Assembly: GCA_015522685.1 (NCBI GenBank)
Contig: WALU01000051.1
Span: 1-34,851, forward strand
DNA: 34,851 nt
Source: Thermoproteota archaeon
GTDB taxonomy: Archaea > Korarchaeota > Korarchaeia > Korarchaeales > Korarchaeaceae
Reading direction: 5' to 3'
Positions 10,510 to 20,018 of the stretch are shown here, in pieces. A program made the position numbers and the translations under genes. Every line of letters begins with the position of its first letter. The first letter of the stretch is position 1. The notes under the pieces are model-generated. The model worked only from the letters and a program-made list of their open reading frames with translations. It did no database searches and was not told the DNA's origin.

Positions 10510-11394
10510 ATGGAAAGTGACTACCTAGCCATCGGGCATATTACAATAGATGAAATCTGGAAAGGAGATCATAGGAAAGAGGTAAGAATTGGAGGAAGTG
10601 CAGCCTATGGATCCATCTTCGCTTCAGGGCTAGGGTACAAGGCGAGTATTGTATCGAGGATAGGAAAGGATCTCCCAGGAGAGTTCTTGGATTATTTAGA
10701 GAATAGCGGAGTTAGCTTATATCTGCAAGTATCAGATTGCCGGACAACGAGATTCGTTATAAGAAGGGAAGAAGAAAAAGAAGTTATTAATCTATCCTCC
10801 TTATGCGATCCAATCTGGCCAGAAGACCTGAACGACTTGAAGGCTGATGTGATTCATCTTGGTCCAGTAGCATCTGAGGTAGATGATGAAATTATATCGA
10901 AATCGTTATCTCTAGGCAATATAGTTCTCCTGGATCTCCAAGGAATTCTTAGGCATTTTAATTTAAATGGGAGGATTGAACTAAGGAGAGAGAGGCTGAA
11001 CAGCATAGCTGGGCTAGATCTGGCAGTCCATGCAAATGAAGAGGAGGCAAAGGCTGCTACAGGAGAAAATGATCCATTAAAGGCTGTTGAAAGGCTATCA
11101 GATATGTTCTGGCTTGCGTCAATCACCTTAGGAATGAAGGGAGCCTTAATAGCATCATCTGAAGGATTGATAATAGCAAGTCCTCCCCAAGTTGAACAAA
11201 TAGATAGCATAGGAGCGGGAGATGTTTTTACAGCAGCTCTGGGGATTGCCCTTAATAGAGGGGATACATTCGAGGATGCTTCGAGATATGCAGTAGCGGC
11301 TTCAGTATCTTCGACCCTACACAAAGGATCATCAGCGATCCCGGAGGCTGATATAAGGAAGTTCATGAGGAAGGTATCTATAGCTTGGCTATAA
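10510..11394 (+). CDS. PfkB/ribokinase-family carbohydrate kinase
   Basis: IGHITID, GGSAAY, NEEEA, TLGMKGA, DSIGAGD. Confidence 0.9.
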   Translation: MESDYLAIGHITIDEIWKGDHRKEVRIGGSAAYGSIFASGLGYKASIVSRIGKDLPGEFLDYLENSGVSLYLQVSDCRTTRFVIRREEEKEVINLSSLCDPIWPEDLNDLKADVIHLGPVASEVDDEIISKSLSLGNIVLLDLQGILRHFNLNGRIELRRERLNSIAGLDLAVHANEEEAKAATGENDPLKAVERLSDMFWLASITLGMKGALIASSEGLIIASPPQVEQIDSIGAGDVFTAALGIALNRGDTFEDASRYAVAASVSSTLHKGSSAIPEADIRKFMRKVSIAWL

Positions 11395-11422
11395 GATGGC
11401 TAATTGAGTGGCAGCTATGCCC

Positions 11423-11451
11423 TTAATTTAACTTAACTATAGTTAAATTAA
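11423..11451. promoter_or_regulatory. Perfect 11-7-11 inverted repeat with a nested 14-bp palindrome; candidate operator
   Basis: TTAATTTAACT-taactat-AGTTAAATTAA, containing TTAACTATAGTTAA (11433-11446); about 30 nt upstream of the DUF59 gene. Confidence 0.5.
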
Positions 11452-11481
11452 TAAGATGGATAGGTAATAATCCAAGTTCTG

Positions 11482-11883
11482 TTGGTAGGGAGAGTGATAA
11501 AGACGGGGCTCAGTGCTGAGGAGAAAGAGCATATGAAAAAGGAAGCCATAGAGGCCCTAAAATCTGTTTACGATCCTGAAATACCTATAAATATAGTAGA
11601 TCTTGGTTTAATATATAGGATAGAAGTAGATGACGAAGGTAACGTTACGGTAGATATGACTCTAACCTCCCCTGGATGTCCTGTTGCCGAGATGGTTCTT
11701 AATATGGCTGAAGCATCTATAATGGAGAAGGTAGGAGAAGATAAAAAAATTACAGTGAATCTGATCTGGGATCCTCTATGGACGCCTGATAAAGTCTCAG
11801 AGGAGGGTAGAAATAAACTTCAGGAGATATATGGATATGACTTTGTTGGGGAATGGATAAAAAAGCAGAGAGGTGTGTCCTAA
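11482..11883 (+). CDS. DUF59 / SufT / PaaD-like Fe-S cluster assembly protein
   Basis: VYDPEIPINIVDLGLIY, MTLTSPGCP, W.P.WTP. Confidence 0.92.
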   Translation: MVGRVIKTGLSAEEKEHMKKEAIEALKSVYDPEIPINIVDLGLIYRIEVDDEGNVTVDMTLTSPGCPVAEMVLNMAEASIMEKVGEDKKITVNLIWDPLWTPDKVSEEGRNKLQEIYGYDFVGEWIKKQRGVS

Positions 11884-11964
11884 TGCTAACGATTATCGAT
11901 CTTATATCTTGCTCGTCTGATTCCACTAAAGCCTCTCCTTTTAGCTTATTGGGAGGTGCAGTTA

Positions 11965-12852
11965 ATGGAACTAAAATCTAGAATGTTATCTATCTCAGGT
12001 GGAAAAGGAGGCACAGGAAAATCGACAGTGGCTGTGAATCTAGCTATCCTTCTAGCTGAGAATTATGATCTAGTAATGGCCGATCTGGACGTAGAAGACC
12101 CAAACGATCATATACTCCTCGGAGCTCAACTTCAAAATGAGAAGCCAATTAATATAATGCTCCCCTTCATTAAGTATAGTAGCTGTATAAAGTGTGGTGC
12201 CTGTGGAAAGGTTTGTGATACAGGAGCGATGCTCATAAGCCCGGACGGACTACCTTATGTAATTCCTAGGCTCTGTAGTGGATGTATGTCCTGCTACTTT
12301 GCCTGCCCAACAAAGGCCATAGTGCAGGGAGAGAGGACGATAGGCTACACCTATGATACCCCCATACAGTTTAAAGGGGAGGAGTTTCGCCTTATCACAG
12401 GTATATTGAGGGAAGGAGAAGAACATACGCCTCCCGCCGTAATTGCAGCTAAAGAGAGAGCCCTCTCTATAGAAAGGAGCTTCTACCTAATAGATACATC
12501 TGCAGGAACTAGTAACACTGTTGCTACAGCTATGGGCGGATCTAAGCTTTTGTTAGCTGTAACAGAACCAACTCCCCTTGGATTGCATGATCTAGAACTT
12601 ATATTACAACTTGCGTCCCAAATGAGCATAGAAACTTGGGTAGTAATGAATAGGTCTGGTTTGGGTCCTGAAGATGAGCATGATAAAATTGTAAAGAACT
12701 ATGGCTCTAAGATAGTGACGAGAATACCCTACTCTAGAAAGATCGTTGAATCCTATGTGAAGGGCATACCTATAGTCCTATCTCATCCAGAGTCTAAGGA
12801 GACCTCCATATTCAGAAAATTGGCCTTTATGGTTAAGGAGGTGATGGAATGA
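11965..12852 (+). CDS. MinD-superfamily P-loop ATPase with inserted 2x[4Fe-4S] ferredoxin domain
   Basis: GGKGGTGKST, DLDVEDPN, CxxCxxCxxxC twice, EPTP; ATG 11965 follows a GGAGGTG RBS. Confidence 0.9.
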   Translation: MELKSRMLSISGGKGGTGKSTVAVNLAILLAENYDLVMADLDVEDPNDHILLGAQLQNEKPINIMLPFIKYSSCIKCGACGKVCDTGAMLISPDGLPYVIPRLCSGCMSCYFACPTKAIVQGERTIGYTYDTPIQFKGEEFRLITGILREGEEHTPPAVIAAKERALSIERSFYLIDTSAGTSNTVATAMGGSKLLLAVTEPTPLGLHDLELILQLASQMSIETWVVMNRSGLGPEDEHDKIVKNYGSKIVTRIPYSRKIVESYVKGIPIVLSHPESKETSIFRKLAFMVKEVME

Positions 12853-13823
12853 TTGAAATGGCAATAGCAAGTGGGAAAGGAGGGGTAGGCAAATCTACAG
12901 TTTCATCAACAATAGCTATAACGCTAGCAAAGAAAAGGAAGGTTATAGCTGTTGATGCTGATGCTGACGCTCCTAATATGCACTTAATCTTAGGAATGAG
13001 GGAGTCAAAGTGGGAATGGGAAGAGCCATATAGTGACTCCATGGTGGCTAAGATAGTTCAAGCTAAATGCATTAAATGCGATGAATGCCGCAAGATCTGT
13101 CCATATAGAGCTATAAGCATAGATCCCCAAGGGAACTATGTGATAAGCCAAGTTATATGCGAAGGTTGCCTAACATGCTCACTTATCTGCCCAGTAAAAG
13201 GAGCCATAGTAAGAGAGCAAGCTCTATCTGGTATTATGCGAATGACTCATACAAAATATGGGTTTCCCCTGATCTCCGCCAGACTTAGTCCTGGAAGGCC
13301 TAATACGGGAAAACTTGTGACAGAGGAGAAAACAAAGGCTAAAGAGATAGCTGATCAGGAGACAGTTATAGTGGTAGATTCGGCAGCTGGAATAGGATGT
13401 CAGGTGGTATCGAGCCTCGCTGGAGCTAATATGGCCATTCTGGTAGCTGAGCCGACACCAGCAAGCTTCAATGCTCTAAAGAGAGTTCATACTCTAGCTA
13501 AGCATTTCATGCAACCTGCCGCTATAGTTATCAACAAATGGGATATGAACTCCCAGCTAAGCGAAGAAATTGAGGCATATGCTAGAGAGAATAACCTAGA
13601 TTTCTTAGGCAAGGTACCTTACGATGACTCTATTCCTAAGAGTATGGCCCTCATGAAGCCTGTTATGGAAGCATTTCCAGATAGCTCATCATCAAAGGCC
13701 TTGCTCGAAGTAGCCGAAAGGGTTGGCAGTATACTGGACAATTGGAGGAGTTGGTTCATGAGATACAGGCCAAAGAAGCCGGAGCCCTACAAGCCCGTGA
13801 TAATAAAGCCGGAAGGATTCTGA
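12849..13823 (+). CDS. MinD-superfamily P-loop ATPase with inserted ferredoxin domain (paralog)
   Basis: SGKGGVGKST, DADADAPN, two CxxCxxCxxxCP motifs, GIGC, EPT; ATGA overlap with the upstream gene. Confidence 0.9.
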   Translation: MIEMAIASGKGGVGKSTVSSTIAITLAKKRKVIAVDADADAPNMHLILGMRESKWEWEEPYSDSMVAKIVQAKCIKCDECRKICPYRAISIDPQGNYVISQVICEGCLTCSLICPVKGAIVREQALSGIMRMTHTKYGFPLISARLSPGRPNTGKLVTEEKTKAKEIADQETVIVVDSAAGIGCQVVSSLAGANMAILVAEPTPASFNALKRVHTLAKHFMQPAAIVINKWDMNSQLSEEIEAYARENNLDFLGKVPYDDSIPKSMALMKPVMEAFPDSSSSKALLEVAERVGSILDNWRSWFMRYRPKKPEPYKPVIIKPEGF

Positions 13824-13882
13824 TTCTACAACTTAATCCTACTAAACTAAACTATTTTTCTTTCTTATTATACTATAACCTT

Positions 13883-14641
13883 ATGTTACTTAATGGTAAA
13901 GTAGCTTTGATAACTGGAGGGACTTCTGGCATAGGCCTTGCCGCAGCTAAGCTGTTCAGCTCGGAAGGGGCATTTGTGGCGATAATGGGAAGAGACCCGT
14001 CTAAGGGAAAAGCAGTTCTTCCTGTTCTCTCGAACGCGACTTATCATAGGGGCGATGTTTCCAGAGAAGAAGATGCCAGAAGGGTCGTCAATGAAGTGGT
14101 GAGCTTACATGAAAGGATAGACATCCTGGTGAATGCTGCTGGTGCCTTCATCAGCTCTCCCATAGACGACATATCCGTGAAGGATTGGGACTATGTAATA
14201 AATGTGAATCTAAGAGGGACCTTTCTCATGACAAAGTTCTCCATCCCTCATATGGGTAATGCAATAATTAATGTCAGTTCGACAGCGGGAGTAAGTCCCT
14301 ATCCAAGAGGGACGGCTTACTGCTCATCAAAAGCAGCAATAATTGCTTTTTCTAAGGCTCTAGCTTTAGAATTAGCAGATAGAGGGATAAGAGTTAATGT
14401 TGTGGCTCCTGGCTTGACAGACACTCCTATGTTAAGGGGAATTGCTGGTAGCAATGAGAAAATGAGAAAATTTGCCTCACTAGTTCCTCTAAAAAGGATA
14501 GCATTGCCTGAGGAGATAGCCCAAGCGATACTATTCCTAGTTTCTAACAGAGCTTCCTACATAACTGGACAGGTTCTCGTTGTTGATGGAGGAATGACTG
14601 CAGGTAGATCGACCACTGCGGGCTCCCTATCTAAACATTAA
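13883..14641 (+). CDS. Short-chain dehydrogenase/reductase (FabG-like SDR)
   Basis: TGGTSGIG, NAAG, YCSSK, VVDGG. Start moved to ATG 13883, since the ORF-track start overlaps the upstream gene. Confidence 0.92.
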   Translation: MLLNGKVALITGGTSGIGLAAAKLFSSEGAFVAIMGRDPSKGKAVLPVLSNATYHRGDVSREEDARRVVNEVVSLHERIDILVNAAGAFISSPIDDISVKDWDYVINVNLRGTFLMTKFSIPHMGNAIINVSSTAGVSPYPRGTAYCSSKAAIIAFSKALALELADRGIRVNVVAPGLTDTPMLRGIAGSNEKMRKFASLVPLKRIALPEEIAQAILFLVSNRASYITGQVLVVDGGMTAGRSTTAGSLSKH

Positions 14642-15812
14642 CCTCCCTTTTCTTTTTCTTCCTCTCTTTTACCCTAGACTCTACTAAACCGAGAGTGCAA
14701 GCAACTCCCCTGTATATCAGCAGGGAGATAGCCAAACCAATTATGCCCATAATCGATCCAAGCATTATGATCGACAGCACCATAAAACTAACCGAAGCTA
14801 TGTTTACAATGAGGATTGCCACAGGATCCTCTCTACTATATTTCCCTGCGGCCCATATACTGAATATTGAATCGAAGATTATGGCAAAGGATGCTATTTG
14901 GGCTGGGGTCGCGCTCATGGGATAGAATCTAGGAAATAGGGTCCTCACAGTCCAAGGTATCAGGAGGAATGCTGACACAGCTACTGCTATAGAAAGAGCG
15001 ATTCCAACGATCTCAGCCATCTTTGTCTTCCTCCCAGAGGATTTCTCCGGTAGCAGGTAATTTGAGAGACTTACTGGTATAACTGTCATTGCAACGTAAA
15101 ACTGGAAAGCTAACTGGTAGTATCCTAAAGCTTCATTTCCAAAGAAGAATCCTATAAGTATCTTGTCAAGTCTTACCCCCATAGCACCTGTGAATCCTAT
15201 CAAAAGGGCCGTTACAGCGAACTCCACATGCTTCCTTATGGACCTGAGGCTTACCTTTAGATCCTTAATCCCCCTAAATATCCAGAGCGATAGAGCTAGG
15301 TAAATTAAAGCAAAACTATATAGAACTCCGCTTACCCCCCATTCAGGTACAAGCAGTATCACCAAGGAGAGTATAGCTGCTCTGCTGGTCCCCTGCATGA
15401 TAGCATAGTCCCTGTACTTCCTTCTTCCAAGCCTCTCCTTTATAGCCAGTGTGAAGAGAGAGCTTCCTAGGATTATCAACGGAAGGGATGGATGTATCAG
15501 CGTCAACGGAATGCCTATGAAAAGAGAGGCTATTAGAACCAGCATAATTGAAGATGGCAGTATGTCCTCTTCTCCCTTAGGAATATACGTTTGCACCGTA
15601 GTCGGAAGGCCAAGCCCAGCCATACTAGCAATTAGGGCACCAATGGATAATATATAATTTGCAAATCCATAATCGCCAACTGTCAGTATTGTGGCCAGTA
15701 TCAGCCAGATAGCAGCCCCCAGAATCACAGCAGCTAGGTTTCCAGCTGTGACTAGCAGTAACCCTTCCTGACTTAAGGCAGCGTGTAGAAGATCTTTAGG
15801 TGAATACTTCAT
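14631..15812 (-). CDS. Polysaccharide biosynthesis flippase (Wzx/MOP-like membrane exporter)
   Basis: About 12 hydrophobic segments, DYG..., LGL, DKILIG....LGYY.LA; GGCGGTG RBS-like element upstream on the minus strand. Confidence 0.8.
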   Translation of the reverse strand: MKYSPKDLLHAALSQEGLLLVTAGNLAAVILGAAIWLILATILTVGDYGFANYILSIGALIASMAGLGLPTTVQTYIPKGEEDILPSSIMLVLIASLFIGIPLTLIHPSLPLIILGSSLFTLAIKERLGRRKYRDYAIMQGTSRAAILSLVILLVPEWGVSGVLYSFALIYLALSLWIFRGIKDLKVSLRSIRKHVEFAVTALLIGFTGAMGVRLDKILIGFFFGNEALGYYQLAFQFYVAMTVIPVSLSNYLLPEKSSGRKTKMAEIVGIALSIAVAVSAFLLIPWTVRTLFPRFYPMSATPAQIASFAIIFDSIFSIWAAGKYSREDPVAILIVNIASVSFMVLSIIMLGSIMGIIGLAISLLIYRGVACTLGLVESRVKERKKKKREVNV

Positions 15813-16471
15813 TTTAAGGACACCGCCTTTTTATCATTCTTTCCCATGGAGGGGATCTTAAAAAGATACTATAAGCTTCAGAGAGCATCTAAATGCCTAG
15901 TATCTGAGTTAGAAAGGCCCTGTTCTGATATAATTGATTCTCCAGGTAGCCTTATTATTACTGAAGAAAAATTGACGGTTGAATAACTAGGAGCTCAACT
16001 CTCATTCAGCAAGATTTCTACACCCATCACCCAACTCCAACAAGTCAAGTCAAGAAGGAAGAATAGATCAGGGAGATTCAGCCTAAGAACTTGTAGAGGT
16101 GGTTAGGGCGAGATCAATGATTGAACATCACGTTTTTAATCGCACTCAAAACCAAAAAACATGCGGCATTCTCTAAGAGAGAAGTGGCTTGACTTGGAAG
16201 ATGATACCTCTAATGTTGAGGCTTGGGATCCGAATATTTAAGCCTGGGTCTCACTTCCTCTTCTCGCTTTAGCGATAGGTTCCTGTGATGTGGATTCTAT
16301 GAGATGATAAAGAGCGCGCGATCTTCTAATAAAGAAAGAGCTTACCAAGATAGTTAACAATTAGTAACAAGTTATCAATTCACTAATAACTAACCAGTAG
16401 ATTGGGGAAACCCTCTATTATCCTTTTAGCTGGCTAGATATATTAATATACTTGTATTGATACCTTGTTAG

Positions 16472-17464
16472 ATGCCGATTGGAAGATCGAAGAAACTCCC
16501 GAGGACATCTGTTCAGAGCAAACCCATTATGATAATAGCCCACGGTGACGTTGACGGAGTTATTAGTGCTGTAATAGCAGCTAGATCTCTATCCTTGAAT
16601 GACAGGGATGATGTGGAATACTACTTCTCTGGTCCTAGATCAATAGATAATGTGCTATCTAGAATTCCTGGTGGTGGGAAGAGGCTCATAATAGTTGATA
16701 TAGCCATAAATCCAGATAAGCTGGATAAAATAAGGAAACAAATTAAGAGGCTCAGCAAATCGGGTTGGCAGATAACATGGATAGACCATCATGAGTGGCT
16801 ACCTAATGCTCTCGATGGACTTTCTATGTATGCAGATGTGAGGGTTAGGCGAGCTCCAAGCGCAGCTAGAGTCGTGCTCGAGGATCTTAGTGGCAGCGAC
16901 TACGAGAAAGAGCTAGCAGTAATAGCTGATGATGCCGATACAGCTACTTACTCCAATAACAGAGCTAGAATGTACAATTCCCTTACTAGGGACAGGAAAA
17001 AGAGAGAGTATTTACTGAAAGTCCTTCTAGAAGGAAAATTTGAGGACGATCGTGTGATTAAATGGGCTACTAAGAGAATTAGAGAACAGGAAAAAGCTAT
17101 GAGGATAGGAATTAAAGGTAGTATTATAGAGAAGACTAATAAAGGGAGGAGCTTTGCTATAATTGATCTTAGGCCAAGGGGAGGGCCTGGATCCCTAATC
17201 TCCAAAAAGTTGGCCAATGATAAAGGTGTAGGATTTTCCCTCGTCATTTACTCATGTGACAAATTCTCGCTCTATGCCGGGATGGATAAGAGCGCGAATC
17301 TAAAGCCCATCTGTGAGAACCATAGTGGAGGAGGGCATCCCTATGCCTGCGGAGCTAGAATAGATATTCCATATTATAAAAAACTGATCTGCTTATTATT
17401 AGGTAGGATGTACCTTCCTAGGGAAATCAGGGAGCTTACAGAGGAGATAAAGCAGGAACTATAG
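16472..17464 (+). CDS. DHH/DHHA1-family phosphoesterase (NrnA/RecJ-like)
   Basis: HGDVDG, IVDIA, WIDHH, DDAD, GGGHPYACGA. Confidence 0.88.
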   Translation: MPIGRSKKLPRTSVQSKPIMIIAHGDVDGVISAVIAARSLSLNDRDDVEYYFSGPRSIDNVLSRIPGGGKRLIIVDIAINPDKLDKIRKQIKRLSKSGWQITWIDHHEWLPNALDGLSMYADVRVRRAPSAARVVLEDLSGSDYEKELAVIADDADTATYSNNRARMYNSLTRDRKKREYLLKVLLEGKFEDDRVIKWATKRIREQEKAMRIGIKGSIIEKTNKGRSFAIIDLRPRGGPGSLISKKLANDKGVGFSLVIYSCDKFSLYAGMDKSANLKPICENHSGGGHPYACGARIDIPYYKKLICLLLGRMYLPREIRELTEEIKQEL

Positions 17465-17523
17465 TTTAGCCTTTCTAGATAAAGCAGGGAAAAGGAATTA
17501 AGAGAATATTCTATTGCTTTATT

Positions 17524-18417
17524 ATGAAGGATAAGATTCCGGAGGGAGTGATCCCTCCTCACGTAACTCCCTTCAATGAAGGAGGCAATATAGACCTACC
17601 TTCCTTGAGGAAACTTGTATCCTTCTGGCTTGAAGCAGGTGTTCATGCCCTAGCAACATGTGCGAGCAATGGAGAAGGACCATTAATGAGTGAAGATGAG
17701 AGAAATGTCGTAATAGGTCAAGTTATTGATCAAGTTGGGAGCCAAGTTCCAGTCATAGTAGGAGTAAGCTCTCCGTCAACGAGAGGCATCTTGAGGCAGA
17801 TAGCAGATGCTGAGAGGTTGAATGCTGATGCTATACTTCTCGCACCTCCATACTACTTCAAACCAGGGCCTAGAGAACTACTAGAGCATTACAGGGCAAT
17901 CTTAAGGGAAGCTAATCTTCCAGTCATCTTGTACAATGTACCGAAATTTGTGGGCTACAATGTACCGATAGAGGTCATATTCCAAATATCTAAGGAGTTT
18001 GACAATCTAGTAGGGGTTAAGGAGTCAAGCGGCCTTCTTTGGAGAATCTCTGAGCTTATAAGACTCATCGGAGCTAGCATATCGATACTAGCTGGCACAG
18101 GGGATCTACTCCTCCCAACCCTAATGCTGGGAGGTAGAGGTGGTATAGTTGGGGTTGCTATATTCGCCCCTGAGCTTGCTGTGGAACTTTACAATTCCTT
18201 CACTGGGGGAAATATGAGTAGGGCCAGAGAGCTCCAGCTCATCCTAACAATGCTCAATGAGGCGATTGTAAAGAAATTCAATCAATTGAGTGCTACAAAG
18301 GAAGCCCTTAACCTTAGAGGTTTGCCAGCTGGTTATCCAAGAAGGCCTTCATTACCTCTCAGCGAGGAAGAGAGAATCTATGTAAAGCAAGCCTTAGAGA
18401 AAGCCAATATTATTTAA
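17524..18417 (+). CDS. Dihydrodipicolinate synthase / N-acetylneuraminate lyase family aldolase
   Basis: TPF, SNGE, PPYY, LYNVP, GVKES (Schiff-base Lys). Confidence 0.9.
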   Translation: MKDKIPEGVIPPHVTPFNEGGNIDLPSLRKLVSFWLEAGVHALATCASNGEGPLMSEDERNVVIGQVIDQVGSQVPVIVGVSSPSTRGILRQIADAERLNADAILLAPPYYFKPGPRELLEHYRAILREANLPVILYNVPKFVGYNVPIEVIFQISKEFDNLVGVKESSGLLWRISELIRLIGASISILAGTGDLLLPTLMLGGRGGIVGVAIFAPELAVELYNSFTGGNMSRARELQLILTMLNEAIVKKFNQLSATKEALNLRGLPAGYPRRPSLPLSEEERIYVKQALEKANII

Positions 18418-18453
18418 GCTGGGGGATTCCATCAGCCAGGCCATCCAGCTAAG

Positions 18454-18792
18454 CTACCATACCTTAACTCCTACGGGAGCCTTTTCATCTACTTCAATCA
18501 GATATACCTTCTCATTTTCTTCCTCTGCTAGGAGAAGCATCCCTTGACTCTCAACTCCCATCAGCTTCTTTGGTTTCAGGTTTGTCACAAATATCATCTT
18601 CTTCCTCTCCAGATCCCTTGGCTTGTACTGATCCCCTATACCTGTCACGATCGTCCTCTCTTCATCGCCGAAATCCACGACTAGCTTTATGAGCTTCTTA
18701 GATTTGGGAACCTTCTCAGCCTCTTTAACCAGTCCTACTTTCAAGCTGAATTTCCAGAATTCTTTCACATCGTAAAGCTCCATGCGAGTCAT
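18454..18792 (-). CDS. Stand-alone tRNA-binding OB-fold protein (Trbp111/CsaA, MetG C-terminal domain-like)
   Basis: KLIKL.VDFG..RTIV.GI, NLKPKKLMGVESQGMLL. Confidence 0.9.
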   Translation of the reverse strand: MTRMELYDVKEFWKFSLKVGLVKEAEKVPKSKKLIKLVVDFGDEERTIVTGIGDQYKPRDLERKKMIFVTNLKPKKLMGVESQGMLLLAEEENEKVYLIEVDEKAPVGVKVW

Positions 18793-18851
18793 CCTACAAT
18801 TGAACTTCCCTCTATTATTTTTATTTTAATGGAAGGCTAATCAAAGCAAGA

Positions 18852-19979
18852 ATGGCCTCAGATGTAGTGGGATTCTTGCAGAGATTAGTTAGAGTTAGGA
18901 GCTTATCAGGTAATGAGGAAGATCTAGCAGGCTTGGTAAAGGATGAGCTATCTTCGTTAGGCGTGGATCAAGTGTGGATCGATAAGGTGGGGAATGTCAT
19001 AGCGAAGGTCTCAGGGACTGGGAGAGGGCCTATACTCTTCGATGCTCATATGGATACCGTGCCAGAGGGGGATTCAACGAATTGGAGAATAAATCCCTTC
19101 TCCGGTGGATTAATTAATGGACATGTCTACGGAAGAGGATCTGTGGATATGAAGAGCGGTTTGGCAGCAATAGTTCACTCGATAAAACTCGTTAAGGAGG
19201 GATTTCCCGATCTAGTATATGCGTTCGTGGTTCATGAGGAGGATCATGAGGGATTTGGCGTTCGACATGTGATAGAATCCACGAGCAAGCCAAAGCTAGT
19301 GGTTCTAGGTGAACCTACTTCCCTTAATTTAGCTAGAGGGCATAGAGGGAGGGCAGAATTGATTGTAGAGCTGAGGGGAAAGACAGCTCACTCTAGCATG
19401 CCTGAACTAGGGGAAAACTGTCTTGACACTCTATGTGATTACATGAAGGAGTTGAAGGGTTTGGATATGCCTTATCACTCTGTCCTAGGTCCGGCCTCCA
19501 TTGCAGCAGTAAATGTGGAAGTAAGCCCCGGAGTCATTCCCATAATCCCAGACAGATGCCAGTTGTTGCTTGATAGAAGAACCTTACCTAGGGAGAGCAG
19601 GGAAGATCTTGAGAGGCAGCTGGGAGGTACCATAGTCAAGAGGATATTGAGGTGCTATACAGGCTACGAGGAAGAAGTTGAAGCATGGTTTCCAGCTTGG
19701 GTGAATAAAGATTCTGATCTTGTTAAATTGACTGGGAGATTAGGTACAGACATGATCATCTGGAGATTTGGAACGGATGGTTCATACACTGCTGGAGAGC
19801 TCGGAATCCCTACGATAGGCTATGGACCTGGCGATCAAGAAATGGCTCATCGTCCAAACGAGATGGTTAGCATAGGAGAAGTTGAAAGAGCAGTTAGAGG
19901 ATATGCCGAAATTATTGAGTGGTTTTCATCATGGTTTGACCGAACAGATCGACTCAATCAGTCAGTGGCCTCACATTAA
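18852..19979 (+). CDS. M20-family metallo-hydrolase (YgeY/ArgE/DapE-like)
   Basis: DAHMDTV, GRGSVDMKSG, HEE, GEPT, GHRGR, AHSS, GTDG, AH..NE. Confidence 0.9.
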   Translation: MASDVVGFLQRLVRVRSLSGNEEDLAGLVKDELSSLGVDQVWIDKVGNVIAKVSGTGRGPILFDAHMDTVPEGDSTNWRINPFSGGLINGHVYGRGSVDMKSGLAAIVHSIKLVKEGFPDLVYAFVVHEEDHEGFGVRHVIESTSKPKLVVLGEPTSLNLARGHRGRAELIVELRGKTAHSSMPELGENCLDTLCDYMKELKGLDMPYHSVLGPASIAAVNVEVSPGVIPIIPDRCQLLLDRRTLPRESREDLERQLGGTIVKRILRCYTGYEEEVEAWFPAWVNKDSDLVKLTGRLGTDMIIWRFGTDGSYTAGELGIPTIGYGPGDQEMAHRPNEMVSIGEVERAVRGYAEIIEWFSSWFDRTDRLNQSVASH

Positions 19980-20018
19980 CTTATTTAATAAGATTATACA
20001 CAGCGTTCATGTCGGAAA

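Noticed and set aside
13742-13882. N-terminal extension of the SDR in the ORF track
   Set aside because: Overlaps the upstream gene and crosses AT-rich intergenic DNA; the SDR fold starts at ATG 13883
18852-19979. M20 hydrolase as the LysK partner of the LysW-like protein
   Set aside because: It is 6 kb away, its motifs (GHRGR, FGTDG) look YgeY-like, and no other lysXYZJ gene is present
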